This document shows positions 1 to 8,708 of a DNA stretch of 64,000 bases, piece by piece. Numbering within the stretch: the first letter of the stretch is position 1; each line of letters opens with the position of its first letter. The translations under genes and the position numbers were made by a program. The notes under the pieces are model-generated. The model did not search any database and was not told the DNA's origin. It was given only the letters and a program-made list of their open reading frames with translations. The DNA lies in contig CAVQMQ010000008.1 in NCBI GenBank assembly GCA_963713645.1, positions 6,473 through 70,472 of the forward strand, given 5' to 3'. The DNA comes from an uncultured Acidobacteriaceae bacterium. Its GTDB lineage: Bacteria > Acidobacteriota > Terriglobia > Terriglobales > Acidobacteriaceae.

Positions 1-144
1 GACGCGATCTTCACCGACTATCGGACTGCGTTCTCAAAACAAATGAGCAAGTTGGGTTACTGGAGCGATTGGAAGCTATTCAACTCATCGGATTTTGGAG
101 TTCCTCAGCTCCGCAGATCGAGATTAACTCAAGAGGCTTTCTAA
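1..144 (+). pseudogene. C5 DNA cytosine methyltransferase fragment (5' end outside window), stops just after motif VIII
   Basis: Frame +1 reads DAIFTDYRTAFSKQMSKLGYWSDWKLFNSSDFGVPQLRRSRLTQEAF* (TAA 142-144). SDFGVPQLR is C5-MTase motif VIII; the TRD and motifs IX-X are missing. Confidence 0.75.
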
Positions 145-447
145 GTTGACTTCTGAAAGTCCGTTATACGACTCGGTGTGAATCAGTGCACCACCCATAA
201 AGTACTTATCCCAAATTCCATCAGTGTCTTCTCCCTCAGCATGAAGGCAAAAGATAGTGCTTGGGTAGCGCATAGACCATGCACACAGGGAGTCCTCATG
301 CTCATACCACTTCCGAGGGTTCCGTGAATCCCCGTCAGGCCGTAGTGCGGCTGATGCTGTTTCGTCAGATGCGATCAACTCGGCAAAGTCGATTTCAGAT
401 ATTGGATTTCGTGCCTGCCGCAAGCTGTACTGCGTGTAATATCCCAT
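124..447 (-). CDS. hypothetical protein, phage-like (107 aa)
   Basis: Clean ATG ORF. The MGYYT...KWYEHE...YP..IF.L..EGE...W..YF pattern recalls small phage hypotheticals (recognition from memory only). Confidence 0.55.
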   Translation of the reverse strand: MGYYTQYSLRQARNPISEIDFAELIASDETASAALRPDGDSRNPRKWYEHEDSLCAWSMRYPSTIFCLHAEGEDTDGIWDKYFMGGALIHTESYNGLSEVNLESLLS

Positions 448-563
448 CGTCGCTCCTTTCTAAATCTCTGGCCAAAGGATCTCGGGAAATAGCCAAGCTC
501 AGAAATCCCGACGATGTTCTATTGTAGAACATTTTTGTGCTTCGCAGAGGATACTCTTTCGTT

Positions 564-809
564 GTGCCGCAACGTCAAGGTGGAACGAATATCTCTGGAA
601 AGCGGATAGCGGAAGCACGATGTGCTGCCAAGCCTCCGTTGACGCAGGAGGAGCTCTCGGGCAAGTTGGCCCTGCTTGGTGTTCTGATGGATCGGGCTGC
701 GATTGCGAAGGTCGAAAACAACCTGCGACGTGTCCTCGACTACGAATTAAAGGCATTCGCGACAGCCTTGGATGTTGAGGTCGACTGGCTACTGGGAGGC
801 GGTCAGTGA
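564..809 (+). CDS. XRE-family helix-turn-helix regulator
   Basis: SGKRIAEAR...LTQEELSGKL...DRAAIAKVE...FATALDVEVDWLL. Stop overlaps the next GTG start (GTGA 806-809). Start uncertain (537 or GTG 564). Confidence 0.8.
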   Translation: MPQRQGGTNISGKRIAEARCAAKPPLTQEELSGKLALLGVLMDRAAIAKVENNLRRVLDYELKAFATALDVEVDWLLGGGQ

Positions 810-1459
810 AAGACCCAACCTCCCAACTCCGTACAGCTACCCGACGGGCTAAGTCAGACGTGGCGAACAAGCTAATCAGCATGTTTCTCCACGATTTGAG
901 CAAGGTAATCTCACAGAATTGGCAACTCAGAGTGGACGGGGAGGAATACGGGAGCCTTGTTCGGCAATCTTTCGCAAACCAATGTCCATATTGCTCCCGC
1001 GATCTCGCGGCATCGGAAGCGGTGATTGAGCACCTGGATGGGATGAACCGTATTCGGGCGGGTTTTCACGTTCCGGGAAATGTGTTGGTTGCATGCAGGA
1101 AATGTAACAGCGAAAAGCGCCGTGATGACGCGTTAAGGGTTCTTTTGCTTGCCGAGACAGGCTGGGAGTCCTTTTTGTCACACGATGGGACTCGGTGCGC
1201 CGCATCGTGCCAGACATGCCGGTATTGGGGAACGATCTTTCCAGATGCGGACGAACGGGGAATGAGGTTATATGAAAACCTGCTGCGTATTCGTGTCTTT
1301 CGTGGTAGGTTTACAGAGTATCAAGCACTCCTTCCGACACTTATGGAGGCTTTACCTGCCCTCCTTACAAAACTGTATTCCGACTGCCAAATCTTTGCAG
1401 AGACAGAAATCAAGTTGCTTCTGGAAAGGTTCAAGGAGACCCCCGGGATTAAACTTTAA
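806..1459 (+). CDS. HNH endonuclease with zinc-binding cysteines
   Basis: CPYC...IEHLDG...GNVLVACRKCNSEK is an HNH/Zn-finger signature, followed by a second cluster CAASCQTC. Confidence 0.8.
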   Translation: MKDPTSQLRTATRRAKSDVANKLISMFLHDLSKVISQNWQLRVDGEEYGSLVRQSFANQCPYCSRDLAASEAVIEHLDGMNRIRAGFHVPGNVLVACRKCNSEKRRDDALRVLLLAETGWESFLSHDGTRCAASCQTCRYWGTIFPDADERGMRLYENLLRIRVFRGRFTEYQALLPTLMEALPALLTKLYSDCQIFAETEIKLLLERFKETPGIKL

Positions 1460-1467
1460 TCTGTGGA

Positions 1468-1764
1468 TTGTATTGCAGTGACCGCGCGCAGAATACACGC
1501 TCCGAAGCGCTAAATCTGATTCGCAACCGCAAAGGACGGCTTCCTCATATTGTTGTCGTAACGGAAGAACCGAGTCCAAGCAGGCTTGCATCGATTGCAA
1601 TTGGCACTGGCGATATCGATTGCGTTTATCACTTTGCGCTCCACGAGCTTCTAGAAACAATCGAAGAGTGCGGATCGGATGACGCGAAAGAACTTATGTC
1701 AACAATGACCAACGGAAAACGCCTCCGCGATATATCCGATCTTCCGCTCGATCTTGCCGTGTAA
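1468..1764 (+). pseudogene. C-terminal third of an NgoMIV-family type II restriction endonuclease
   Basis: SDRAQNTRSEALNLIRNRKGRLPHIVVVT...GTGDIDCVYHFAL...GKRLRDISDLPLDLAV matches the NgoMIV C-terminus. In-frame TAA at 1450-1452 just upstream, so the N-terminal part is absent. Confidence 0.85.
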
Positions 1765-1775
1765 AGAGGCTTCAA

Positions 1776-2192
1776 GTGGCAGATACACTCACGGCTGAGC
1801 GGCGCTCAGAGAATATGCGGCGCATCCGCAGTAAAGGAACCAAGCCTGAGTTGCTTGTGCGCCGTTTTGTTCATGCGCAAGGCTTTCGGTATAGGTTGCA
1901 TGTTGCCAATCTTCCTGGAAAACCTGACCTCGTGTTTCCTAAGCTGAATAAGGTTATTTTTGTTCACGGATGCTTTTGGCATTTGCATAAGGGGTGCCGC
2001 GAAGGCCGCATTCCCGAATCACGGCGTGAATACTGGAAGCCGAAGTTGCTTAAGAATGTTGAACGAGACTGTTCGCATGTCGCAGCTCTTCGCACACTAG
2101 GATGGAAGATTCTCGTAATTTGGGAATGCGAACTGAAGGACTTCGAGCAAGTCGAAAAGAAATTGCTTGAGTTTCTGATGCGGCGAATTTGA
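1776..2192 (+). CDS. vsr: very short patch repair endonuclease
   Basis: MADTLTAERRSENMRRIRSKGTKPE...LPGKPDLVF...FVHGCFWH...IWECE, in the usual position beside a C5-MTase. Confidence 0.92.
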   Translation: MADTLTAERRSENMRRIRSKGTKPELLVRRFVHAQGFRYRLHVANLPGKPDLVFPKLNKVIFVHGCFWHLHKGCREGRIPESRREYWKPKLLKNVERDCSHVAALRTLGWKILVIWECELKDFEQVEKKLLEFLMRRI

Positions 2193-2635
2193 AGCGGGAG
2201 TTGCCGCGGATTCCGATGGCGCCGGAGTTTCGCAAGTATGCGGAGATTGGCGCGGCGTTGATGAAACTGCATATTGAATACGAGAAGCAAGAAGAATATC
2301 CGCTGGAGCGCAGGGAGACGGGCAAGCTAGACTGGCGCGTGGAGAAGATGTCTCTCTCGAAGGACAAGACGGTGCTGAAGTACAACGAGTTTTTGACGCT
2401 GAGCGGGATTCCGGCGGAGGCGCAGGAGTACCGGCTGGGCAACCGGAGCGCGCTGGAGTGGGTGGTGGACCAGTACAGGGTTTCGACCGATGCGCGGTCG
2501 GGGATTGTGAACGATCCGAACCGGGAGGACGATCCCGAATATATAGTGCGGCTGATTGGGCAGGTGGTGACGGTGAGCGTGGAGACGGTGCGGCTGGTGC
2601 GGGAGTTGGCTGGGCTGTCGATCGATCAGGTTTGA
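2183..2635 (+). pseudogene. C-terminal specificity-domain remnant of a Type ISP restriction-modification enzyme
   Basis: ANLKRELPRIP...YRLGNRSALEWVVDQY...SGIVNDPN...YIVRLIGQVVTVSVET is typical of Type ISP C-termini. No credible start or RBS; GC-rich codon style differs from the upstream cassette. Confidence 0.8.
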
Positions 2636-2666
2636 ACGCGGCTTATCGAGATTGATGCTTGCCGAG

Positions 2667-2812
2667 GGAACCTCTGATTAAGTGATAGAGTCGAGCAAAG
2701 CTTCCCTCAGGGGCTAAAGCCCACGCTGATTTTGCTGCATTTGCGGCACGACTAAAGTCGTGCCCTTTCAAAACATCGACTCAATCAAAACATCGACTTT
2801 ATCAGAGGTTCC
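2667..2812. repeat. 146-bp element with 17-bp terminal inverted repeats enclosing REP-like hairpins
   Basis: GGAACCTCTGATTAAGT (2667-2683) vs ACTTTATCAGAGGTTCC (2796-2812), 16/17 match. Internal hairpins GGGC-TAAA-GCCC and GGCACGAC-TAAA-GTCGTGCC (2745-2764). Confidence 0.55.
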
Positions 2813-3028
2813 TTAGATGCCCATGCCGAATTCGCTGGCTTGCTGTTCGCCGGCATTCGAGTAGAAGTCATACGGGGTGCGGCGCTTGAATTTATAGCGG
2901 CTGCGCAGTTCGCGGCCCAGATAGATGCCGAGGGCCAGAGCGGCCACTCCCACCGAACACCATCCGATCACGCGCAATGCACTTGAAGACTCTTCGACAG
3001 GCGCGAGGGCTTCGGGTTCAGTGGTCAT
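2813..3028 (-). CDS. small single-pass membrane protein (71 aa)
   Basis: ATG ORF with one hydrophobic segment (VIGWCSVGVAALALGIYLG) followed by a basic patch. Confidence 0.6.
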   Translation of the reverse strand: MTTEPEALAPVEESSSALRVIGWCSVGVAALALGIYLGRELRSRYKFKRRTPYDFYSNAGEQQASEFGMGI

Positions 3029-3211
3029 AGCAACGATCTCCTGCGCTCATAATACCGCAGTTACGGTTAATTTGGCGCAAACCTGGACAGCAGTTTTCCG
3101 GATTTTGTTGCTCAGTGATGTTCGCGGATCTTTCAAGGAATGCTGGTTGTGCCGAGGGACGAGAAGCGGCAGCAGCCCTTGGGATACCATAAGAGCAGTC
3201 GAGGGAACCGC

Positions 3212-3508
3212 ATGTTTGTCGTTGTCTGGCAGTTCGAGATTGCCGAGGAGAAAATTGCCGCGTTTGAGGCCGCTTACGGGCCGGAAGGTGCATGGGCGCA
3301 GCTTTTCCGCTCCTCGCCGAGCTACCTGGGCACCGAGTTGCTGCGCGACGCCTACGTGCCGGGCAACTACCTGACCATCGACCGCTGGGAGAGCGAAGAG
3401 GCCTTTCGGGCCTTCCGCAAAGACAACGACACCGCCTACGAGACGCTGGACCGCGATTGCGACTCGCTGACCAGCCGGGAGATGCGGATTGGGGCATATG
3501 CGGGCTGA
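3212..3508 (+). CDS. antibiotic-biosynthesis-monooxygenase (ABM)-like protein
   Basis: MFVVVWQFEI...FEAAYGPEGAW...YLGTELL...YLTIDRWESEEAF. ATG 3212 has a GAGGG RBS upstream. Confidence 0.7.
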   Translation: MFVVVWQFEIAEEKIAAFEAAYGPEGAWAQLFRSSPSYLGTELLRDAYVPGNYLTIDRWESEEAFRAFRKDNDTAYETLDRDCDSLTSREMRIGAYAG

Positions 3509-3773
3509 AGGGATGCGCCTCTGCGGATGCCTCCGGGATGGTGCAGTCCGACAAATCAGGGCAAGAATAGGCGCAAGTGGGATTGTCCTAAGTGTCATGA
3601 ATTGAATAACTTTCCTGATCATTAACAGTATTCGCCAAATCTTCGCTATTTTTTTCTATCAATCTCTGTCCAGCCCTGCTACAATCCCATCGAAATGCCT
3701 TCCAGGAATTTTGATTCTCACTCACTCAATTTTGGAGTGCGACGGCCTGGATTGCCCCCAAGGAGATGAACTG

Positions 3774-4850
3774 ATGGCCATTGCCGATGATCGCGCCAAA
3801 GCCGTAGAACTTGCCCTTTCACAGATCGAAAAACAGTTTGGTAAAGGGTCGATTGTCCGGCTCGGGTCGCGGGAGGCGTTGCTGCCGATTGCGGTGATCT
3901 CCACTGGCTCGATCAGCTTTGATGCGGCGCTGGGAGTAGGTGGCGTGCCGCGCGGGCGCGTGATTGAGATTTTTGGGCCAGAGTCGTCGGGCAAGACGAC
4001 GATTACGCTGCAGATCATTGCCGAGGCGCAGCGGTTGGGTGGGTTGGCGGCCTTTGTAGATGCCGAGCATGCGCTCGACCCCGGCTACGCGAAAAAACTA
4101 GGCGTGGACACCGACAATTTGCTGGTCTCGCAGCCGGACAGCGGCGAGCAGGCGCTGGAGATTACCGAGGCGCTGGTGCGGAGTGGCGCGATTGACGTGC
4201 TGGTGGTGGATTCAGTGGCCGCGCTGGTTCCCAAGGCCGAGTTGGACGGCGAGATGGGCGACTCGCATATGGGTTTGCAGGCGCGGTTGATGTCGCAGGC
4301 GCTGCGCAAGCTGACCGGGACGGTATCGAAATCGCGCACGGCGCTGATCTTCATCAATCAGCTGCGCGAAAAGATTGGCGTGATGTTCGGCAATCCCGAG
4401 ACGACGACCGGCGGCCGCGCGCTGAAATTTTACTCCTCGGTCCGCGTGGACATTCGCCGCATTGCTGCCGTGAAGGAAGGCGATGTGGTGACCGGCTCGC
4501 GCACCAAGGTCAAGATCGTGAAGAACAAGGTGGCCGCGCCCTTCCGCGAGGCGGAGTTCGACATTTTATACGGCGAGGGGATCAGCCGCGAGGGCGATGT
4601 GCTGGATCTGGCCGTGGCCAATAACATCGTCGAGAAATCCGGTGCGTGGTACAGCTACGCCGGCGAACGCATTGGCCAGGGCCGCGAAAACACGCGCACC
4701 TTCCTCAAGGAAAATAAGGAAATTTTCGCCAAGATGGATACCGAGCTGCGCAAGAAGCTGGGGATTGGCGGCGGCAGCGCAGAGGTTCCTGCAGTGCCGG
4801 TGGCCGGACCGGCAGAGGCCAAGGAAGCCGTGCGTGCGCGCAAGGGGTAA
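3774..4850 (+). CDS. recA: recombinase RecA
   Basis: [49 protein letters not shown] at 3761-3765 supports ATG 3774. Confidence 0.99.
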   Translation: MAIADDRAKAVELALSQIEKQFGKGSIVRLGSREALLPIAVISTGSISFDAALGVGGVPRGRVIEIFGPESSGKTTITLQIIAEAQRLGGLAAFVDAEHALDPGYAKKLGVDTDNLLVSQPDSGEQALEITEALVRSGAIDVLVVDSVAALVPKAELDGEMGDSHMGLQARLMSQALRKLTGTVSKSRTALIFINQLREKIGVMFGNPETTTGGRALKFYSSVRVDIRRIAAVKEGDVVTGSRTKVKIVKNKVAAPFREAEFDILYGEGISREGDVLDLAVANNIVEKSGAWYSYAGERIGQGRENTRTFLKENKEIFAKMDTELRKKLGIGGGSAEVPAVPVAGPAEAKEAVRARKG

Positions 4851-4922
4851 TCTTCGCCAAATGACACTGAACGCGGCTGCCTGCGGGTAGCCGCTTTTCG
4901 TTGGTGTGAATCTCCGCATTCC

Positions 4923-5444
4923 CTATGCCTTCTTGAATCGGATGAATGGCGCCAGCGCTTCCTGCCAGCGCAAGAGTTTTTCTTCGCGCGTCATCCCCGC
5001 ATTGGCTGGACTGGTGGATGGAAGCGTCTGCAGCGGGATAGGGTGGATGCCGGCGGGTAGTGGCAGGACCAGGCGGCGGAAGAGCTTTTCAGCCTCCTGG
5101 CCGTTGAAGCAGATCATTTCAATGCGCGGATGACAGCTTAGAAATGCGTTGAAATTATTCGGCTGCACGGTTTCGAGCAGGATATTTGCATCGCTGCTTC
5201 CCGAGCGCTCGGCGGCATGGCAGACATCCCAGAGAGCGATGCCGCTTTGCTTCAACTGGCGGAGCCGATGCTGGTAAGGCAGGTCAGGCGAAGCGCCGAC
5301 GAGTTCTCCCATGATCCACCAGAAGCTGTTGCGCGGATGAGCGTAGTATTCAACCTGCTCCAGCGACTTGACGCCCGGCAACGTGCCGAGGATCAGCACG
5401 CGGGCATCCGGGGCCGCAATCGCATCGAATCCGACAGATCTCAT
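4923..5444 (-). CDS. uracil-DNA-glycosylase superfamily protein (hypoxanthine/deoxyinosine glycosylase type)
   Basis: VLILGTLPG..SL...YYAHPRNSFW...IALWDV...FNG...LPSTSPANA. ATG 5444 chosen as start. Confidence 0.85.
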   Translation of the reverse strand: MRSVGFDAIAAPDARVLILGTLPGVKSLEQVEYYAHPRNSFWWIMGELVGASPDLPYQHRLRQLKQSGIALWDVCHAAERSGSSDANILLETVQPNNFNAFLSCHPRIEMICFNGQEAEKLFRRLVLPLPAGIHPIPLQTLPSTSPANAGMTREEKLLRWQEALAPFIRFKKA

Positions 5445-5549
5445 AGAAGATAGTCTATTCGGAAAAGCGTGCCCGGAAGGCAGTTCACAACGCGGGATTC
5501 CGGCGAGGCCTCGCCGCCACGCGCTGCTAGAATCCGCATAGAGACACCG

Positions 5550-6056
5550 ATGAGCGCAAAGGCCCTCTATCCCGGAACGTTTGATCCGCCGACCAACGGT
5601 CACATTGACCTGATCCAGCGGGGGGCACGGCTTTTTGAGCACCTCACGGTCGCCATTCTCAATAATCCGGTCAAGAATCCGCTGTTCACGGTTGATGAGC
5701 GGGTAGAGATGCTGCGCGAGTCGACCAGCGCGCTCGACAATGTATCAGTAGCCACCTTTGACGGCATGATGGTGGACTTTGCCCGCGAGCTGGGCGCGAC
5801 AGCAGTTCTGCGCGGCATTCGAGCTATCTCCGACTACGAGCATGAGTTCCAGATGGCGCTGATGAACCGGCGGATGGCCCCGGATATTGAGACGGTCTTC
5901 TTGCAGCCGGCGGGGCGCTACTCGTTTGTCAGCTCGCGGATGGTCAAGGAAGTGGTCAGCTTTGGCGGCGATGTTGCGGGCCTCGTGCCTCCGAATGTGC
6001 TGACGCGGCTGCGCGGGCGCATTGGCGGGAAAATTGTCGGCCTGCGGGGCGAGTAA
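5550..6056 (+). CDS. coaD: pantetheine-phosphate adenylyltransferase
   Basis: ALYPGTFDPPTNGHIDLI...LRGIRAISDYEHEFQMALMNR...SFVSSRMVKEV. Confidence 0.97.
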   Translation: MSAKALYPGTFDPPTNGHIDLIQRGARLFEHLTVAILNNPVKNPLFTVDERVEMLRESTSALDNVSVATFDGMMVDFARELGATAVLRGIRAISDYEHEFQMALMNRRMAPDIETVFLQPAGRYSFVSSRMVKEVVSFGGDVAGLVPPNVLTRLRGRIGGKIVGLRGE

Positions 6057-6189
6057 GGGCAGATTTTTCAGGATGTGAATTTTGCCGGCTTGCGGGGCGG
6101 TTCACGCAGCATTTTGTTGGCATAGACCAGAAGAAAAAGTGCAAAAAGACTGCGTTTTCTGCGCTTTTTTTCCTGTATTTCGGGCTGAT

Positions 6190-8316
6190 TCAGGCGCTTT
6201 TTGGGCCATTTTTGACGGGAATGGGCGCGGATTTGGGTTGCGGGTCTTCGCCCATTTGAGCGGCGCGCAGCTTTGCCTGCACGCGGGCGAGGTTGCCGGC
6301 GGTTCCTGTGTATCTCGGGAAGTGGTTCTCGGGCGTGAAAACTTCCAGCGCCAGCCGGTAAGCGTCAGCCGCATCGTCCAGTTCTCCCATCCACTCAAGC
6401 GCATGGCCGAGGTTGTTTTGCGTCATCGCCCAGTCGAGCGGAACCTTCTCCCGCGTCCGTTCCTTGAGCGCCTCGCGGTAGGCCGCGACCGCTGCATGAA
6501 GGCGTTCCGTGTTGCCCTCGCGTTCGCCGAGCATCGAGAGCGCTGTGCCGAGGTTGTTTTGCGTCATGGCCCACTGGAGCGGAACCTTCTCTCGCGTCCA
6601 TTCCTTGAGCGCCTCGCGGTAGGCCGCGACCGCTGCTTCCAACTGCTCAGTGCCGCTCTCGCGTTGGCCGAGAGTCCAGAGAACAGCGCCGAGGTTGTTT
6701 TGCGTCATCGCCCAGTCGAGCGGAACCTTCTCCCGCGTATATTCCTTGAGCGCTTCGCGGTAGGCCGCAACCGCGGCTTCCAACTGCTCAGTGCCGCTCT
6801 CGCGTTCGCCGAGAGTCCAGAGAACAGTGCCGAGGTTGTTTTGCGTCATCGCCCAGTCGAGCGGAACCTTCTCCCGCGTATATTCCTTGAGCGCCTCGCG
6901 GTAGGCCGCGACCGCTGCTTCCAACTGCTCAGTGCCGCTCTCGCGTTCGCCGAGTCTCCAGAGCGCAAGACCGAGGTTGTTTTGCGTCGTGGCCCATTGG
7001 AGCGGAACCCTCTCCCGCGTATATTCTTTGAGCGCCTCGCGATAGGCTACGACCGCTGTTTCCAGGCGTTCTGTGTTGCCCTCGCGCTCGCCGAGTCTCC
7101 AGAGCGCGAGGCCCAGGTTGTTTTGTGTCATCGCCCAGTCGAGCGGAACCTTCTCCTGCGTATATTCCTTGAGCGCCTCGCAATAGGCTGCAACCGCGGC
7201 TTCCAATTGCTCCGTGCCGCTATTTCGTTCGCCGAGAGTCGAGAGAACAGTGCCAAGGTTGTTTTGCGTCATCGCCCACAAGAGCGGAACCTTCTCCCGC
7301 GTATATTCCTTGAGCGCCTCGCGGTAGGCTGTGATCGCAGCTTCCAATTGCTCAGTGCCGCTCTCGCGTTGGCCTAGTCTCAAGAACGCATTGCCGAGGT
7401 TGTTTTGTGTCATCGCCCAGTCGAGCGGAACCTTCTCTCGTGTCCGTTCCTTGAGCGCCTCGCGGTAGGCCGCGATGGCCCGTTTGAGCGCGTCAGAATC
7501 GCCACGCTGTTCTCCAATCGTGAACTCTGCCAACGCATAGGAGCGGAGCAGAAGACCGCGTTGATCCGGTCTCATCGACTCGGGGAGATTGGCAACGATT
7601 TTGCCGAGCTTTTCAGCCACGGGGATGAGGACATCGCCAACATATTTGCCCGGGTTCACGGCTGGCAGCGCCAGTTGCGCCGCAATAGCGGCAAGAGCTG
7701 CTGCCAGTTCAGCATCGAACTTTTGTGTGAGGAGCATCTCCTGGTCGAAGGTAAACCGTCCCTGCGCCGCAACTTTATACGCCGGTGAGGTGAAGCGCAG
7801 CTTTACGACCTGAGAATCTTTTATGACCTGGCCCCAAATGAGCAGATCTCCTTTGTATTTCTTGTGATCGAGATAAAGCTGGCCTTTACGATTGGCGTCG
7901 AGTGCGTCATCTCCCGGATTGCCCGTCTCTTTGCCGCAGAATTCCTTTCCGGCGTGAAGAATCTGCACCGTTTCCCCCAGCTGCTCTGTGAGAGTATCAA
8001 CGATATGTTTCCGGTGCGAGTTCTCTTTGTCGCCCCTGAGTTCCGCTACATAGATTGCAACCTTGCCCGGCTTGGGCTTGCCGTCGGGATGCCTGCGCAA
8101 ATTCAGAACAAGGTCAAAGAGAGCAAAGAGGATGGCAAGGAAAATCCAAACAGCTAAAGTAACTATTGGAGTGAGAACTTCCGGTTTGGCTTGCTTCTTG
8201 ATCGAGTCCGGAAGATATTGCGTCAGATTGAATACGGCAATAATCGCAGGGACTGCCAGCAGGAAGAGGCCTGCAATGGCTTTCGGATCGAGAAGAATAT
8301 TTAACAGGCGCTTCAC
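6190..8316 (-). CDS. membrane-anchored tetratricopeptide-like repeat protein (708 aa)
   Basis: Two N-terminal hydrophobic segments, a ~200-aa non-repeat domain, then 7 complete 47-aa repeats (xWAMTQNNLG...AYREALKEYTREKVPL) plus partial copies. Confidence 0.9.
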   Translation of the reverse strand: MKRLLNILLDPKAIAGLFLLAVPAIIAVFNLTQYLPDSIKKQAKPEVLTPIVTLAVWIFLAILFALFDLVLNLRRHPDGKPKPGKVAIYVAELRGDKENSHRKHIVDTLTEQLGETVQILHAGKEFCGKETGNPGDDALDANRKGQLYLDHKKYKGDLLIWGQVIKDSQVVKLRFTSPAYKVAAQGRFTFDQEMLLTQKFDAELAAALAAIAAQLALPAVNPGKYVGDVLIPVAEKLGKIVANLPESMRPDQRGLLLRSYALAEFTIGEQRGDSDALKRAIAAYREALKERTREKVPLDWAMTQNNLGNAFLRLGQRESGTEQLEAAITAYREALKEYTREKVPLLWAMTQNNLGTVLSTLGERNSGTEQLEAAVAAYCEALKEYTQEKVPLDWAMTQNNLGLALWRLGEREGNTERLETAVVAYREALKEYTRERVPLQWATTQNNLGLALWRLGERESGTEQLEAAVAAYREALKEYTREKVPLDWAMTQNNLGTVLWTLGERESGTEQLEAAVAAYREALKEYTREKVPLDWAMTQNNLGAVLWTLGQRESGTEQLEAAVAAYREALKEWTREKVPLQWAMTQNNLGTALSMLGEREGNTERLHAAVAAYREALKERTREKVPLDWAMTQNNLGHALEWMGELDDAADAYRLALEVFTPENHFPRYTGTAGNLARVQAKLRAAQMGEDPQPKSAPIPVKNGPKSA
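6405..7485 (-). repeat. intragenic 141-bp tandem repeat (TPR units)
   Basis: GGTTGTTTTG recurs at 6411 and 6552 (141-bp period) and onward; near-identical units; boundaries approximate. Confidence 0.9.
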
Positions 8317-8513
8317 AGGGCGCTCCTTAAAACTGCGGAAGAGAGATGCAATCCATCATGTCACGAGGTGGTCTGGAATTACACCAAGAATCCGTAGGGT
8401 GAGGGATGGAATTCTTTCGACTTCGCTGTAAGAACTTGTTGAAAAAGTAACTCGCAGCAGAGAAATCCGCCGGGCAATTGCATGAATCAAGAATCGGCGC
8501 TGGTGGGGATCGC

Positions 8514-8608
8514 CGCTCCCCTACGGGGCGCGGAAATTTGCGGCCACTGGTTCCCCGGATTTCGCTTCGCTGCATCCGGGGCTATTGTCGCAGCGTCCCT
8601 ACGGGACG
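8514..8608. repeat. cluster of short REP-like hairpins upstream of tyrS
   Basis: CCCCGGAT-N13-ATCCGGGG and CGTCCC-TAC-GGGACG (8594-8608), plus a related CCCCTACGGGG. Confidence 0.4.
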
Positions 8609-8708
8609 AAAGAAAGCGCGGTTGAGACAAGCGGTGTTGACGCGGTTGCCCTGAGAAAGTCCGCTGCGTCCGGGACTGGCGGTAGTGGACCTTATACTGA
8701 AAGACGGC

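Noticed and set aside
1-2192. Intact type II R-M system
   Set aside because: The MTase has a stop after motif VIII and the REase lacks its N-terminal part.
3630-3644. Canonical LexA box (GTTC-N7-GTTC) at recA
   Set aside because: The sequence is ATTC-N7-CTTC, mismatched in both halves; kept only as a tentative different motif.
6082-7377. 431-aa repetitive ORF on the + strand
   Set aside because: Antisense shadow of the TPR gene; it stays open only because a stop-free 141-bp unit is repeated.
6405-7485. Possible CRISPR array
   Set aside because: Units are contiguous, in-frame 141-bp coding repeats with no unique spacers and no cas genes.
8514-8700. T-box or attenuator upstream of tyrS
   Set aside because: No AATTAGAGTGGAACC-type T-box consensus or terminator; the hairpins look like generic REP-type palindromes.
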